Part shown: in pieces, positions 25,759-40,145 of the stretch
Layout: every line of letters starts with the position of its first letter
How positions within the stretch are numbered: position 1 is the stretch's first letter
Source of the DNA: Octopus vulgaris
Lineage: Eukaryota
Direction: 5' to 3'
DNA: 64,000 nt
Assembly (NCBI GenBank): GCA_951406725.2
Contig: OX597822.1
Span: 37,758,001 to 37,822,000 of the forward strand
Position numbers and translations under genes: made by a program
Notes under the pieces: generated by a model
What the model was told of the DNA's origin: nothing
What the model saw: only the letters and a program-made list of their open reading frames with translations
Database searches by the model: none

Positions 25759-26138
25759 GGTGCAGGTGTGGCTGTGTGGTAACAAACTTCGTTCCAAAAC
25801 ACATGGTCCTCAGTTCAGTCCCACTGTGTTGTGACTTGGCATGTGTCTTCTGCTATAGACTCAGACCAACCAAAGCCTTGTCAGTGGATTTTGTAGACAT
25901 AAACTGAAAGAAATCAATCGTATATATATGTATGTATATATGTAAGTCTATGTGTGTGTCTTTGTGTTTCTCCCTCATCGTTGCCTAACAAATGGTGTTC
26001 GTTTATTTAGATCCCCATAACTTACTGGTTTCACAAGAAGAAACTGATAGAATAAGTACCAGGCTTATCAAAATATAAAAAATCCCACTAGGCAGTATGT
26101 CATATTTTTGTTTGCCTACACAATTTATCTTTGTGTGT

Positions 26139-26210
<72 letters not shown>

Positions 26211-26465
26211 TTCGTAGACAGAAACTTAAAGAAATCAATCGTATATATATGTATGTATATATTTAAGTGTATGTGTGACTTTGTTTCTGTGTTTCACCCT
26301 CTTCACTGCTTCAAAACTGCTGTTCGTTTATTTACATCCCCATAACTTACTGGTTTCACAAGAAGAAACTAATAGAATAAGTACCAGGCTTGTCAACATA
26401 AAAAAGCACTACGCTGTGTCTCATATTTTTGTTTGCCCACTCAGTTGTATCTATCAATTTATCTT

Positions 26466-26470
<5 letters not shown>
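25759..26470 (+). mobile_element. Family A SINE with tandem duplication of its 3' part (about 25885-26140 / 26207-26470) and inverted copy of its head (25456-25520)
   Basis: Direct sequence comparison. Confidence 0.75.
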
Positions 26471-26555
<85 letters not shown>

Positions 26556-26629
26556 ATACACACGCACGCACGCACACACACGCACGGACGCACGCACATA
26601 TATATACATGTATGTATATGTGTACATTC

Positions 26630-28140
26630 ATATTTATTATATCAAAGACAATGTCTTTATGTGCTCGTGTATTACTTATACATTCGGAAACTGCTGCACC
26701 GATCATAATGAAATTTGGAACACAAAATCGAAGCCCAGGGAGAAGGGTAATGCTGTGTGTTTCATACAATTTTATGCACCGAAATTTCTGAATGGATCCT
26801 TATGATATTTGAAACTTAGATTCAATGCATAAGGGCGGGTATAATGCAATATATTTGGTTTGAATTTCGGATGGCTTAAAGGGGGCAGAACCCCCCATGA
26901 AAATTCATAGATTTTCGATGTTGATGAAATTTCAACCATGGGTAATTGACACACATCAAGAAGTATTCTCAAAGTTTCCACTTCACATGAGGATTCTAAG
27001 ACACCCTAATGGGGGCCTTAACTCCCAAATTTTTGTCATTCCTTTTATGATCAAAAACTAAGTCAAAAGTACTGAATAGATCTTTACGAAATTCGGAAAT
27101 TATATTCTATTCATAAGGGCCACAACCCCCATGACAATTCATATATTTTTGCTGTTGATGAAATTGTAACCATAGATATTAGATACAAATGAAGTAATAT
27201 TTATAAAATTTCATCTTCTTACAAGTTATAAAGACCCCAACATGGGGACTTAACACCCACAATTTTGTCATTTTATCAAACCAAAACCGAATACAGTTGT
27301 GCTCTTGGAAGCTGTAGGGTTACCCGAGCATAAAAGTTGAGCATTATTTGTAATTCAATGGTACAACAGTGTAAGAGTTTGCTTTGGCATACACTTACAT
27401 TGTGATTTCTGCAATGTGCTGTATAAATTGCCAAGTAAATGAGAGGCATCTTTGCCTCCATTGATTCAGTTGCAAAGTGTTGAGTAAAGTTATTTGATTG
27501 CAAATCTACTTTCAGTCTTTTTATTATCACTCGGTCACACATAGTTCCCAGATGGTAACATTGATTTCAAGGCCTTCCCAGATGAGTGACTGGTTATTCA
27601 AAGACATTTATAGATTGTAAATTTATTCTATCCAGTTACATATAGTGGTCATTTGCAAACTCCAACTTTCATTTCTCCTTAGCCCTCACGTCACACAGTT
27701 GTTAATGTTTATTTCAGTTGGGTCACGCCCTTCCAATTGCTATAGATTCGTAATGCATCTTACTGCTGTGGCTGTCACCTGGATGGCGAGGTATCCTACA
27801 TTGGGAGTGGTAACGACTAGGGCAGGGTCACTGACTGCTTATTGTGATCATTCGTCTTTTGGTTTCCTGTAGCTTTGCTCTCTTTTACAAACCCAGTGAA
27901 CATATATTTCCTATTTCAAAGAAATTCAAACAATAGATATAAGACCCAAGTAAAAAAGATTCTCAACAATTCGACTTCTCTGGTTGACATTAAGATGCCC
28001 ACCCCCAACAGGGGCCTTAACTCATCTGCAATTTTGATGAAATTCGAAACATAAGTATTCCAGTTCATTAGAGAAAATATAACAGAAAGTCTAATTCTTC
28101 AATTGTATGTAACACGGGCAACGCCGGGTATCTCTGCTAT
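26630..28140 (+). mobile_element. Non-autonomous Helitron-like element with internal repeats
   Basis: 3' end cacgggcaacgccgggtatctctgctat matches the terminus at 21696-21723. 5' boundary is approximate. Confidence 0.6.
27300..27620 (-). pseudogene. Possible RTE-type LINE fragment inside the Helitron
   Basis: Degenerate WKALKSML..IW and NVS motifs with several frameshifts. Confidence 0.35.
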
Positions 28141-28536
28141 CTCCTCTATCCCTTCTAATTCTCTTTTTCTCCCTCTTAACTTTCTTTATATGTCTCTCTC
28201 TCTCCTCTTCTTTCTCTTTTTCTCTCTCGCTCGTTGCTCACACGTGACCACCGTCCATCTTTTTTTCCTCGGTTGACCATCTTTCTTTCCAGCACGGACT
28301 TTCTAAGAACTGGATGTATATATGTATGTATATATGCATGTATGTATGTATGTATGTATGTATGTATGTATGTATGTATGTATGTATGTATGTATGTATG
28401 TATGTATGTATGTATGTATACCCACATAGAAGTGTAGTAGGATAAAGTGTGTGTGCATGTATGAGGGCGTGTGTACTATAAAAACATATATGTATATATA
28501 TATATGTGTGCGTGTATATATGTGTATATATATCTA

Positions 28537-28612
<76 letters not shown>

Positions 28613-28632
28613 CATCTCTCTCTCTCTCTCTT

Positions 28633-28701
<69 letters not shown>

Positions 28702-29366
28702 TTCCAAAGAAAATATTTCTCTCAGCGTTCACTATTTCTCCCTTAGTTCAGGTGTAACTACCCTCCATGTTTGTTTTCGTTCGGTATGTCTCCACTGTCC
28801 TGTTTTTCTTCCTAAATTTGACCCTCCATAAATCCAAAATTTTATTTTGGTATTTATGAGAGCAACTGTCTTCGAAGACTCATTCTGTCATTGATTGCTC
28901 GAAATGGGGGGGTAGATAGACAGCCGACAACTGATGAAGGGTTATTCTTTGTATTACTTGTCCCTTTCTCTCTCTCTCTCTCTCGTTATTTGCGTATTAA
29001 ACTCATTTGTCTTCGTATTTCGTGTTGTTTACTGTTGGTGACGTCTTCAAGAATAATCAGCCGTACTGTTGGTGACGTCTTCAAGAAAAATCATACGTAC
29101 GCATGTATGTATGTATTTATATATGTATGTATGTATGTATGTATTTATGTATGCATGTACGCATGTATGTATGTATTTATATATGTATGTATGTATGTAT
29201 TTATATATGTATGTATGACTGAGGATAGAGGGCTTCGAATGACTCGTCCTTGTTTTTTTTGTAATCTATCTGGATATCTGGATGTTTTGTTGTCCCTTTT
29301 TATATCACCTAGCTGTCCGGATGTTTCGCGTTCTTGTCCCATTTTGTGTGTGTATATATATATATC

Positions 29367-29870
29367 GTCGATATGCATTATACACCATGTTTTTCATGCT
29401 GGAAATCCCACTTATATGTTTGCATGTATATATACATATGTGTGTGTGTATCTGTGTGTATGTGTACGTATGTATATATAAATAATATGTATATATATTC
29501 ATAAATATATATGTATGTATTTATGTATATGTATATATATCTATATGTATATGCGTATATATATATATGTGTGTGTGTGTGCGTGCGTGTGTGTGTGTGT
29601 GTGTGTGTAACAATTGCAGCGTGGAAGGTGTTTGTAAACCATTTAATAAACACACAAAAGTCGTTCGATTCACTTCAACATTTAAGTTTAATTTGTCAAA
29701 ATATTTTCGTCGCTTTAAGACCGCGACCTGTTCACTGACAAATATCCGTGCTGCATCTCCGAGATTTTGTCTGTTTCTTAAATGGCTTACAAACACCTTC
29801 CACGCTGCAATTGTTTTCGTTTCAGCACACGATCTCAGATCAAATCACTTGCTATGCAAGTACATCTCCG

Positions 29871-29929
<59 letters not shown>

Positions 29930-29952
29930 TATATATATACATATATATATGC

Positions 29953-29984
<32 letters not shown>

Positions 29985-30101
29985 TATTTATATATACATA
30001 CATACACGTACACACAGATACACACACAGATATGTATCTATACATGCATACATATAAGTGAATTTCCAGCATGAAATACTTGGTGTATAATGCATATCGA
30101 C
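29367..30101. repeat. Diverged inverted duplication (29367-29497 / 29972-30101) around an internally inverted PLE-terminus-like insert (29609-29873)
   Basis: The insert is the same family as 7235-7440; the flanks are reverse complements. Confidence 0.8.
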
Positions 30102-30256
30102 TATACGTGTACGATCGCAAATAAGAAATCAAGTTTCAATAAAAATATCTCATTTTTCATGATTGATATCACAGAAAGTGGATACATATATGCTATATAT
30201 ATCGACTTAATTACATGCTTTACGTACCATGAGTCGGCACTATATACACACACACG

Positions 30257-30432
<176 letters not shown>

Positions 30433-30538
30433 TATAAGTACATACATACTTGCATAAATACACATATACATACTTACACATACACAAACATAGACACACG
30501 CACATACACAAACGCGCACGTACGCATGTATGTATGTA

Positions 30539-30574
<36 letters not shown>

Positions 30575-31074
30575 TGTATGCCCACATAGAAGCGTAGAAG
30601 GATAAACGAAAACGCGTTGCCCTCAAAACATTTAGTTGGATTTTCTTTAGTATATAACCAGTTGATTCAGTTTCACTTTACTTAAAGTTTCATAGGTGCA
30701 AAACACTCTCATCATCAGAGAAAATTTTAAAGAATTTAAAAGTGGCTTCTCGGTGGGAATAATTAGGGCTCCATTTGTCAGTTCAATTCACGTGGGGGAT
30801 TCATCTAGCGGCAACAGGTCTTGCAACAAATACCATACGTAGTAGGCAGACAGAAATTAATGCACGGTGGTGAGCATTCTGTTGTGTGTAATATTTCAGG
30901 GACAACATTTTCCATGAGTAGAGGAAACCGGTTTGGTAGTGTAAAACGTATTAGACTGTAAGGCAAACCAGATGATAGTAGGCCACAGGGATTACATACT
31001 GTGCAAGAGTGCGTGGTCTAGCTAGGTCCAGGATGTGAGAAAGTAGAGCTACCTTCTCGAGTCAACCGACTCAT

Positions 31075-31623
31075 AAAGACCGGTTTCCCAGTTTCCATAG
31101 CTTTTATAAGCCCCACTTGGACGGAACGCCGGCCCATCGAAGGATTACTCATTTTTCCGTCTGAATGGACTGGAGTAGCGCGAAATACAGTGTTTTGATC
31201 AAGAATACAACGCGTTGCCCCATCCAGGAATGAAAACTAGTCTTGCGATCACGAGTCCAACACCCTAACCACTAAGCCATGCGCCTCCACCCAAGATGGT
31301 ATTTGCAGATTATAAGCACTCAACATATATATAAATATATATGTTTGTTCCTTCTGGACCCACGCCTGGCTCATAATGGCCGGTTTCCCGGTTTCCTTGG
31401 CGTATAGGTTCCCCAACTGGACGGGACTGCAAGTTGCAGGAGGAAAGAGTGAGAGAAAGATGTGGCGAAAGAGTCAGCAGAAGTTCGCCATTACCTTCTG
31501 CCGGAGCTGCGTGGATCTTAGGTGTTTCGTTCATAAACACACACATTGCCCGGTCTGAGATTCGAACCCGCGATCCCTCGACCGCGAGTCCACTGCTCTA
31601 ACCATTAGGCTATGTGCCTCCAC
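31075..31623 (-). mobile_element. Two adjacent tRNA-derived SINEs (about 31075-31290 and 31335-31623)
   Basis: Both have GGAGGC(G/A)CAT(G/A)GC..A(G/A)TGGTTAG heads on the minus strand. Confidence 0.75.
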
Positions 31624-31859
31624 ATATAAATATATATGCTTGCATAGAATCAGAGGCATGAGGAATGGAGGTAGATTTATTCTTCCATATGATGACAACC
31701 ATTTCGTTACCTTCCTCATGTAGTATTAATTTTTTTCTATAAACTTTGTCCAATGATGAAAATGGTGAGCCTTTTGGAATTTTTCGTCGATGGTCGACAG
31801 TATATTGTAGAAACAATAACTTCGTTTCCTGCGACCGACTTCTTCGCTTAACGTCTTGC

Positions 31860-32132
31860 CGCACACCACATTTCATGGCTGATAACTCCTATACGCGCTT
31901 GAAATTTTTTTTTAACAATTTATGTAATAGAACAAAGCTGAGGCAAGAGTGTCTACCACTGTTCAGCACTAACGGATTTGTCTTTACCCATCCGCCTGTT
32001 GAATGGAGGGATTTTCATAAGCTTTGATTCCTCTGCCCACAGCTGATATCCATTTGCTGCGAACCTTTTCTGACTCTTCTCATCTTCCTGCATCGATGGA
32101 GAATCCTTTCAGGGCAGTTTTACACTGGTCCT
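31860..32132 (-). pseudogene. RTE/BovB-type LINE ORF C-terminal remnant
   Basis: KDQCKTALKGFSIDAGR*EESEKVRSKWISAVGRGIKAYE fits KD..K..LK...I....WE..A..R..W...V..G...FE. Confidence 0.65.
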
Positions 32133-32201
32133 TAAAGCACAGCTGTGGGCGTCCTACACACACACACACACACGCACGCACGCACGCACGCACACACACA
32201 A

Positions 32202-32263
<62 letters not shown>

Positions 32264-32304
32264 ACAAACACACACACACACTCTCTCTCTCACACATACA
32301 CACT

Positions 32305-32337
<33 letters not shown>

Positions 32338-32513
32338 GCACACACACACACACATATATATGTATGGCTCTGTGTGCGTGTGTGTATGTGTGCATGTATG
32401 AAATCCGAGTTGCAATGGGTGTATTTCCAATTGGTATGTTATGTATGTATATACACATTCACATACATGCATACACACACACATATATAGTATGTACATA
32501 TATATATATTCAT

Positions 32514-32563
<50 letters not shown>

Positions 32564-32606
32564 CATATATATATGTACATATACATATATATATATATAC
32601 ATATAC

Positions 32607-32638
<32 letters not shown>

Positions 32639-32661
32639 ATACATACATATATATATATATT

Positions 32662-32712
<51 letters not shown>

Positions 32713-32784
32713 CCACATCTATCGAATGGTCTTTTCGTCCATTTGTAAATGAACGCACATAAATGTGTACGCATGAATGTGCGT

Positions 32785-32854
<70 letters not shown>

Positions 32855-32995
32855 AAATATATATACATCTATACACCACATATATAATTGTGTGTGTGTA
32901 TGTATGAGTGTGTGTTTGTTATAAATACATATGTATATATATGTACATATATGTGTATATATACATACACATAATGTGCATATATATATATTTAA

Positions 32996-33068
<73 letters not shown>

Positions 33069-33251
33069 ATATATATATGTATACATCTCCACACACACAT
33101 CTATATATACATACATATATATAAGTATGCATACACCCACACGCATATGTATATATATATATGTGTATATCTATGTGTGTATATATATATGTGTGTGTGT
33201 ATATATATATATGTATTCATACATATATATATATGCATAAACGTATACATA

Positions 33252-33290
<39 letters not shown>

Positions 33291-33367
33291 ATATCTATAT
33301 ATATAAATATATATATATTGATATATACACATAAGCATATACACACAAACACACACACACGCACACA

Positions 33368-33409
<42 letters not shown>

Positions 33410-34029
33410 CCCATACACGTATGCATACAGTGTCATATGTTTGTATTTGGTGAATGTTATATATAGACATACACGCCCGTATATACACTCACTAGAAAAA
33501 AAAAAGGCAGCATTTTAAATTGAACTCACTCAGCAATAATTTCATGCATTTATTCAACTATTTTGTTTTATCATTTAAAACAATTCTATTTTACTTAACA
33601 CCGTCAACAATATCAACAACAACAATAGCGAAAAAAGCAACAACAATAACAACAACAACAACAGCAGCAACAGCAACAATAACAAGACTAATGGTAATGA
33701 TATTTCATGAAAATAAAGGCAAAACCATAATTGATAGTAAAAAAAAAAGTTAGCTTCTGTATAGAGAGGGTGGATGAGAGGTGGGGATAGGTTGGACGAT
33801 ACGTCGTCCCCTTAGCTAAGTAATGATATGCAGAGTTATTATGAAAACAGGTATCTGATTGTGTGTGTGTGTGTGTGGGAGAGAGAGAGAGAGGAAGAGA
33901 GAAAGAGCAAGAGAGAGAGAAAGAAAGAGAGGGAGATAGAAAAAGTATGCCGCGTATACTTACACACATACACGCACACATGTGAATACACACGTATATA
34001 TAAAATTTATACACGGACATGCCCCCACC

Positions 34030-34064
<35 letters not shown>

Positions 34065-34082
34065 GTCTATCTTATCTTCCTC

Positions 34083-34116
<34 letters not shown>

Positions 34117-35227
34117 CACAAACATACACACACATATACATACACTTATGTATATAATTATATATGCGTGTGTGTGTGCGTGTGTATGTGTGTATGTGTA
34201 TGTGTTTATATGTATATGTAAAACTTATTTACATATATATATATGTATATTCATACACTACGCGCATATGTACATATACACATATATGCTTACGCACACA
34301 CACATACACACACACACACAACACAAGTATATATTATAGTATATAATGTGTGTATGTGTGTGTGTGTGTGGGAGGGTAGTAGTTAAACGCCAAGGGACAT
34401 AATTCTGGCTGCCCTCTCCACAAACAGATAATAGCTGCTAGATTGGCAATATTTTTAAATTCCGGGTAAATTCTAGGCAGCCCGGGCCACTGTTCCACTC
34501 CAGCCCTATAAATTTATTTATTTTTTAATTTTCATACGTTCATGTATTTGTGTGTTTTCGAAAAAAAAAATCTTTGAGAAAATGTGAAGTTTGGCGGAAA
34601 AAAAAACCCTCAGAAAAAGGAATAATAAATAAATAAAATTATGAAAAAATATAAATTGTTTTTAAAAGACAATTGAATTTAGCATCGCGTATTTAAAGTA
34701 CCGCAGGGGACTTTCACAGCATCGTTGCGGTAGTTGTTCTGGTGGTGGTGGTGGTGGTGAATATGGTAGTAGTGTACTTGGTGGTGTTGGTGTATATGGT
34801 GAAGCTAAAGTGTGGTGGTGGAGGTGACGTATGTATTAGTGTATGGCAGTGGTGGTGGTAGTGTGCAGTGGTGGTGCTGGTATGGTGGTGGTGATATTGG
34901 TGGTGGTATTGGTGTGGTAGCGTTGGTGGTAATATTGCTGGAATTGGTGGAGGTGGTGGTATTGGTGTGGTGGTGGTGGTGGTGGTATAAATGCTGGTAA
35001 TGGTGTAAGAGGTGGTGGTGGTGCATGTGTTAAAGGTGGTAGTTGTATATGTAGCGGTATTGGTGTATGTTGTAGTGGTGGTGACGTATCTGGTGGTGGT
35101 ACTAGTGCTACGGTAGTTGTGTCCTTGGCAGTGTAAGCGGGGGTGACGATATCGGGGTTGTTGTTGATGATAAGGTGATGGTGGTGATGGTGGTGGCAAT
35201 AGATCATAGTCGTTACAATGATGATAC

Positions 35228-35312
<85 letters not shown>

Positions 35313-35344
35313 AATGATGATGATGATGATGATGATGATGATGT

Positions 35345-35790
35345 TTGCTTGAGTGGATATATGCAAGAATATATGGTTTTTGCATAATGCAGGCTGGCAA
35401 TAACTTCAATGTTTCGCCACAGTTTGTCAGTCATGAATATATGTACACTTGCCTGATCACACTGGAAATGTTTTTTTCTGTTTATACTGGCTTTAAAGAT
35501 AAGAAAATTGTTGGTGCAACTGTAACTTACCTTGATGGTATTTTTATTAAAATTTCCAAGTCTATTGGTAAGTTTGTGCAGTGTAATCTTTCGTCTCCTA
35601 TTTTTACATTTTTGAATATTTGTGCCGTTCTGTATGCTATGTATTCTATCTTTGAAGCCAATGCTTTAAATGCAATATTGTAAGAAATGAATAGAAAGAT
35701 TAACGGATTCATTGTCTGAGCATTAGCTAGAAATGCAGTTACTAATGTTATCAACTAAGTTTTTCAGATTATTAGGGATGGATAGAAATA
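35345..35790 (-). pseudogene. Penelope-like element RT-thumb/linker remnant
   Basis: Frameshifted translation: LKNLVDNISNCISS*CSDNES..YNIAFKA.GFKDRI..KNRRRKIT..FNKNTIKVSYSCTNN..NC....C....C. This fits the PLE linker motif FN.NT.K.SYSC. Confidence 0.75.
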
Positions 35791-35807
35791 TAATATTCTC
35801 GTTAGGT

Positions 35808-35881
<74 letters not shown>

Positions 35882-36789
35882 CATCCTCCTTCCCTTCTTT
35901 CCTGAGCGTCAAATAATACTTTAATTGTTCCACGTCCTCGCGTTGCTGTGTTTTTTTCTGTGTTTTCTTGTTTGGATTAACTATATATATGTATATATAT
36001 ATGTACACGCATACACATACACACACTTCTTTACATACATACATACATACATACATTCATACATACATACATACATACATACATACATAGATACATACAT
36101 ACATACATACATACATACATACATACATACATACATACATACATACGTACATATGTATATATGTACTCATACAAACATACACATGTACATAACATTCATA
36201 TAAATACATGTCAGTTAAGATTTTCTTCTTTCTCGATATAATAATAAACGTAGGAATAAAATAAACAATTGCTATTATAACAAATCAAACAAGAGATGAT
36301 TGATAACGTTACGTCTTTGCATGGTAAATCAGTCACCAATAGTCAGTTCTATAAGAACTATATTTCCTTATCCGTCTGCCGTCCATCACACGCCATCTTC
36401 GGTGAGCATGATTTTCAAGTAAGTGGGGAAACCGATGTAAAAAAACGAAAACTAAAAAAGCAGTGAATTTATTCAATGTATTCATTGAGTTCTCATATAA
36501 AGTTTGTCTTTTTTTCGGTTAGTTTTTCCTCGCGTGCTATCGAAAAACACAAAATGGCCGTGGATTTAAACTCCGAAATCAACAATAGATTGTGTGATGG
36601 AAGGGAAAAGATAAAGACGGGGAGAGTGGAAGAAGAAAGAGAAGAGAAATAAAATAACGACAGGTTTACTAGAACCTCCAATTAGTAAAACAGCTAATTT
36701 CGATGTAAACTTCGATTTATTGAATACAGTTATTTCTACTACTTGAAACTACTTATTTGTGAGGTAGGTAAATTATTTTACCAAAATCT

Positions 36790-37197
36790 TACTCTTTTAC
36801 TCTTTTACTTGTTTCAGTCATTTGACTGTGGCCATGCTGGAGCACCGCCTTTAGTCAAGCAAATCGACCCCAGGACTTATTCTTTGTAAGCCTAGTACTT
36901 ATTCTATCGGTCTCTTTTGCCGAACCGCTAAGTTACGGGGACGTAAACATACCACCATGGGTTGTCAAGCGATGTTGGGGGAACAAACAGACACGCAAAC
37001 ATATACACACATACATATATATATACATATGCATATATACGACGGGCTTCTTTCAGTTTCTGTCTACGAAATCCACTCACAAGGCTTTGGTCGGCCTGAG
37101 GCTATAGTAGAAGACACTTGCCCAAGGTGCCACCCAGTGGGACTGAATCCGAAACCATGTGGTTGGTAAGCAAGCTACTTACCACACAGCCACTCCT
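36790..37197 (-). mobile_element. tRNA-derived SINE, family A (full length)
   Basis: Reverse complement of the 22253-22660 family. Confidence 0.9.
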
Positions 37198-37906
37198 ACA
37201 CTTAGTCAGTAAAACAACCAATTCTACTGTTTTTAAGGTAAATATATGATTTTCCACTTAAATATCCATTGATAAACAACTATGAAATTAAAAGTCATAA
37301 AAACATTTTTAATGGCGAAGATAATTTACTGAAATTTATCATTTACCACTTTGTTTATCCACAAGAAATTTTGGCTAAGATATTTCACTGAAATGTTACG
37401 TCAATATTCTGTGCAAAGTTATAAAAATAAAATCCCTTTGACATTCGTCATCAATCACAGATATTACATACATCCACATGTGAGAAGTTCTATGTGTTTA
37501 GTTGACCTGTTAGAAATAGCAGAAAATACATCATAATGAAGAAAACATAATCTTGACTAGGAACTTTTTTATGAAGAAATCATCTAAATACAAAGTATAT
37601 ACTGAGTCTATATAATATGAAATAAAATATGTTTAAAGCAGACGTTTTTAGCTAAACTATATTAAAAGATTATTTACGGGTATTAAGCCTTCGTCGAGAA
37701 AGAAGACCTAAATTTCAATAATTCCCCAATTGAAAAGCGACTAATGTTACATCTATTTTTCTAAAACTGTTAATAGAGGTAAAATTTATAACTTTCTAAT
37801 TCTTTCAAAGACTCTTTGCATTTAAACTGAATACTGAATATATTTTATATTTATAAATAGCATTTGAAATGGACAAGCTATTTTAAAAACTTATCCTCTA
37901 GCTGTT

Positions 37907-38698
37907 TTCTTCTTCTTCTTCTTCTTCTTCTTCTTCTTCTTCTTCTTCTTCTTCTTCTTCTTCTTCTTCTTCTTCTTCTTCTTCTTCTTCTTCTTCTTCT
38001 TCTTCTTCTTCTTCTTCTTCTTCTTCTTCTTCTTCTTCTTCTTCTTCGTCTTCTTCTCCTCCTTCTCCTCCTCCTCCTCCTCCTCCTCCTCCTTCTTCTT
38101 CTTCTTCTTCTTCTTCTTCTTCTTCTCCTCCTCCTCCTCCTCCTCCTCTTCTTCTTCTTCTTCTTCTTCTTCTTCTTCTTCTTCTTCTTCTTCTTCTTCT
38201 TCTTCTTCTTCTTCTTCTTCCAATCAGGACTCACGCCATTAGCCACAAAGAATAATCTCTAATTCGAGCCTACTCTAAGCTACTAAGAATGCGTGTGGCA
38301 ACTTGAAGATCCACCTACCGCATGCGATAGACTGGCGGTTGCACGGGCGCGAAAGCTACGTTGTTATCCTCATTCCGTAAACGGTGGCTTTTAACGGGTG
38401 GAGAGCTGAACCATCCTGGGGTACAGAGGAATCGCAATCTAGACTAGGGTCTGAAAGTTTACCACACCATAGTGGGTTACACCATGGTTCCTCTGCTTTG
38501 TGGCAGAAGTAGGAAGAAAGTGTGAGAGAAAGTTGTGGCGAAAGAGTACAGCGGAGTTCACCACCCTCTCCCGCCGGAGCCTCGTGGAGCTTAGGTGTTT
38601 TTGCTCAATAAACACTCACAATGCCCGGACCGAGAATCGAAACCGCGTTCTTACGACCGCAAGTCCGCTGCCCTAACCACTGGGCCATTGCGCCTCCA
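37907..38698 (-). mobile_element. SINE with family C head, distinct 3' body and about 310-bp (GAA)n tail
   Basis: 11-bp TSD ctctagctgtt at 37896-37906 and 38699-38709. Confidence 0.8.
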
Positions 38699-39354
38699 CT
38701 CTAGCTGTTGCTTCCACTGTTGGCGTTGCTGCTGCTGTTGCTATTGTTCCAGTCTCATGCTGCAGTCAATATTGCTGTTGTTATTACAGTTTTCGTTGCG
38801 GGAATAACAGTTGGTCATTGTGGCTGTTGTGGCCGCATGTGGCCGTTAAAATAAGCCCCACTTGCACCACTTGAGTACTGGGGTCGATGTAATCGACTTA
38901 CACCTCTTCAAAATTGATGGCCTTGTGCCAAAATTTGAAACCATTATTATATTTAAGGCCGTGAACTTGTAGAATCATCAGACACCGTGCAAAATAAAAA
39001 GCGGTATTTCGTCTTTCTTTAGTTTTTCAAAGGAAGTTGACTTTGCCTTTCATCCTCCTCCTCCTCCTCCTCCTCCTCCTCCTCCACGTCGTCGTCGTCG
39101 TCGTCGCCGTCATCATCATCATCATCATCATCATCCTCACCATCATCATCATTATCGTCGTTGTTATCGTTGTTGTTTGCATGAGAAAGATGTCGTTTAG
39201 AATCTCGTAAGTTGTTACGAGAAGAACAAGGGAAGTTGACTTTGCCTTTCATCCTTTCGAGGTCGATAAAATAAGTAACTGTTGAGCACTGGAGTCAGTG
39301 TAATCGGCTTACCCGATCCCCCGAAATTGTTGGCCTTGTGCCAAAATATGAAAC

Positions 39355-39432
<78 letters not shown>

Positions 39433-39436
<4 letters not shown>

Positions 39437-40090
39437 TGGTTTTATTTTTATAGCGTGCTTTCACTTCACTACCGAGCGCAGCTCTGCGTGCCTTAGGTAT
39501 GTGCTGTGATTTGTTGTGATGCTCTGATGGTTATTGTATGGAACGTGTTCTGCGTAGAATGTGTGCAGTGCCTAGTAGTGCAATTTTCTGTATGTTATAT
39601 GTGTTTGTAAGTCCTGGTGTTTTTGTTATGTATTTGTCTGAATATTTTCTTATCATGCCTAATGCACCTACTATGATAGGAATTGTTTCTGTTTTTAGAT
39701 TCCACATTCTGGTTACCTCTTTTTAGATTCCACATTCTGGTTACCTCTATTTCCAGGTCTTTGTATTTTGAAAGTTTCTCCATTTCTTTTAGAGATACGT
39801 TGTCATCCGCTGGTATTGATACATCAATTAGAAGGCAATTTTTTTCTTCATGATCTCTGACAACTATATCTGGTCTGTTGGCCTTAATTTATCTATCTGT
39901 GTGTATCGGCATATCCCAGAGTATGGTTGCTTTCTCGTTTTCTGTGACCTTTTCTGGTGTGTGCCTATACCATCTTTTTTCTGTTGTTATTCCATAATGT
40001 TGGCATAGCTTCCAGTGTATGTAGGTTCCAACTCTGTCATGTCTGTGAATATATTCCTTCTTAACCAGGACTGGGCAGCCAGAGATAATA
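39433..40090 (-). mobile_element. R4/Dong-type LINE 3' end (REL endonuclease) ending in (TAA)n
   Basis: CPVLVKKEYIHRHDRVGTYIHWKLC..ILWD..NRPDIVV..LIDVSIP..EKLSKYKDL; (TAA)n at 39356-39432. Confidence 0.85.
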
Positions 40091-40145
40091 TGATTTATTG
40101 TTTCTTGTCCATCTCCACATATTCTGCAGTTACTTGTTACTTGTC

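Noticed and set aside
34401-34413. 13-mer aattctggctgcc shared with 52013-52025
   Set aside because: Chance 13-mer matches are expected in 64 kb and the homology does not extend.
36554-36652. AAAATGGCC start with YY1-like motifs as a first coding exon
   Set aside because: The frame stops after 32 codons and no supporting gene structure was found.
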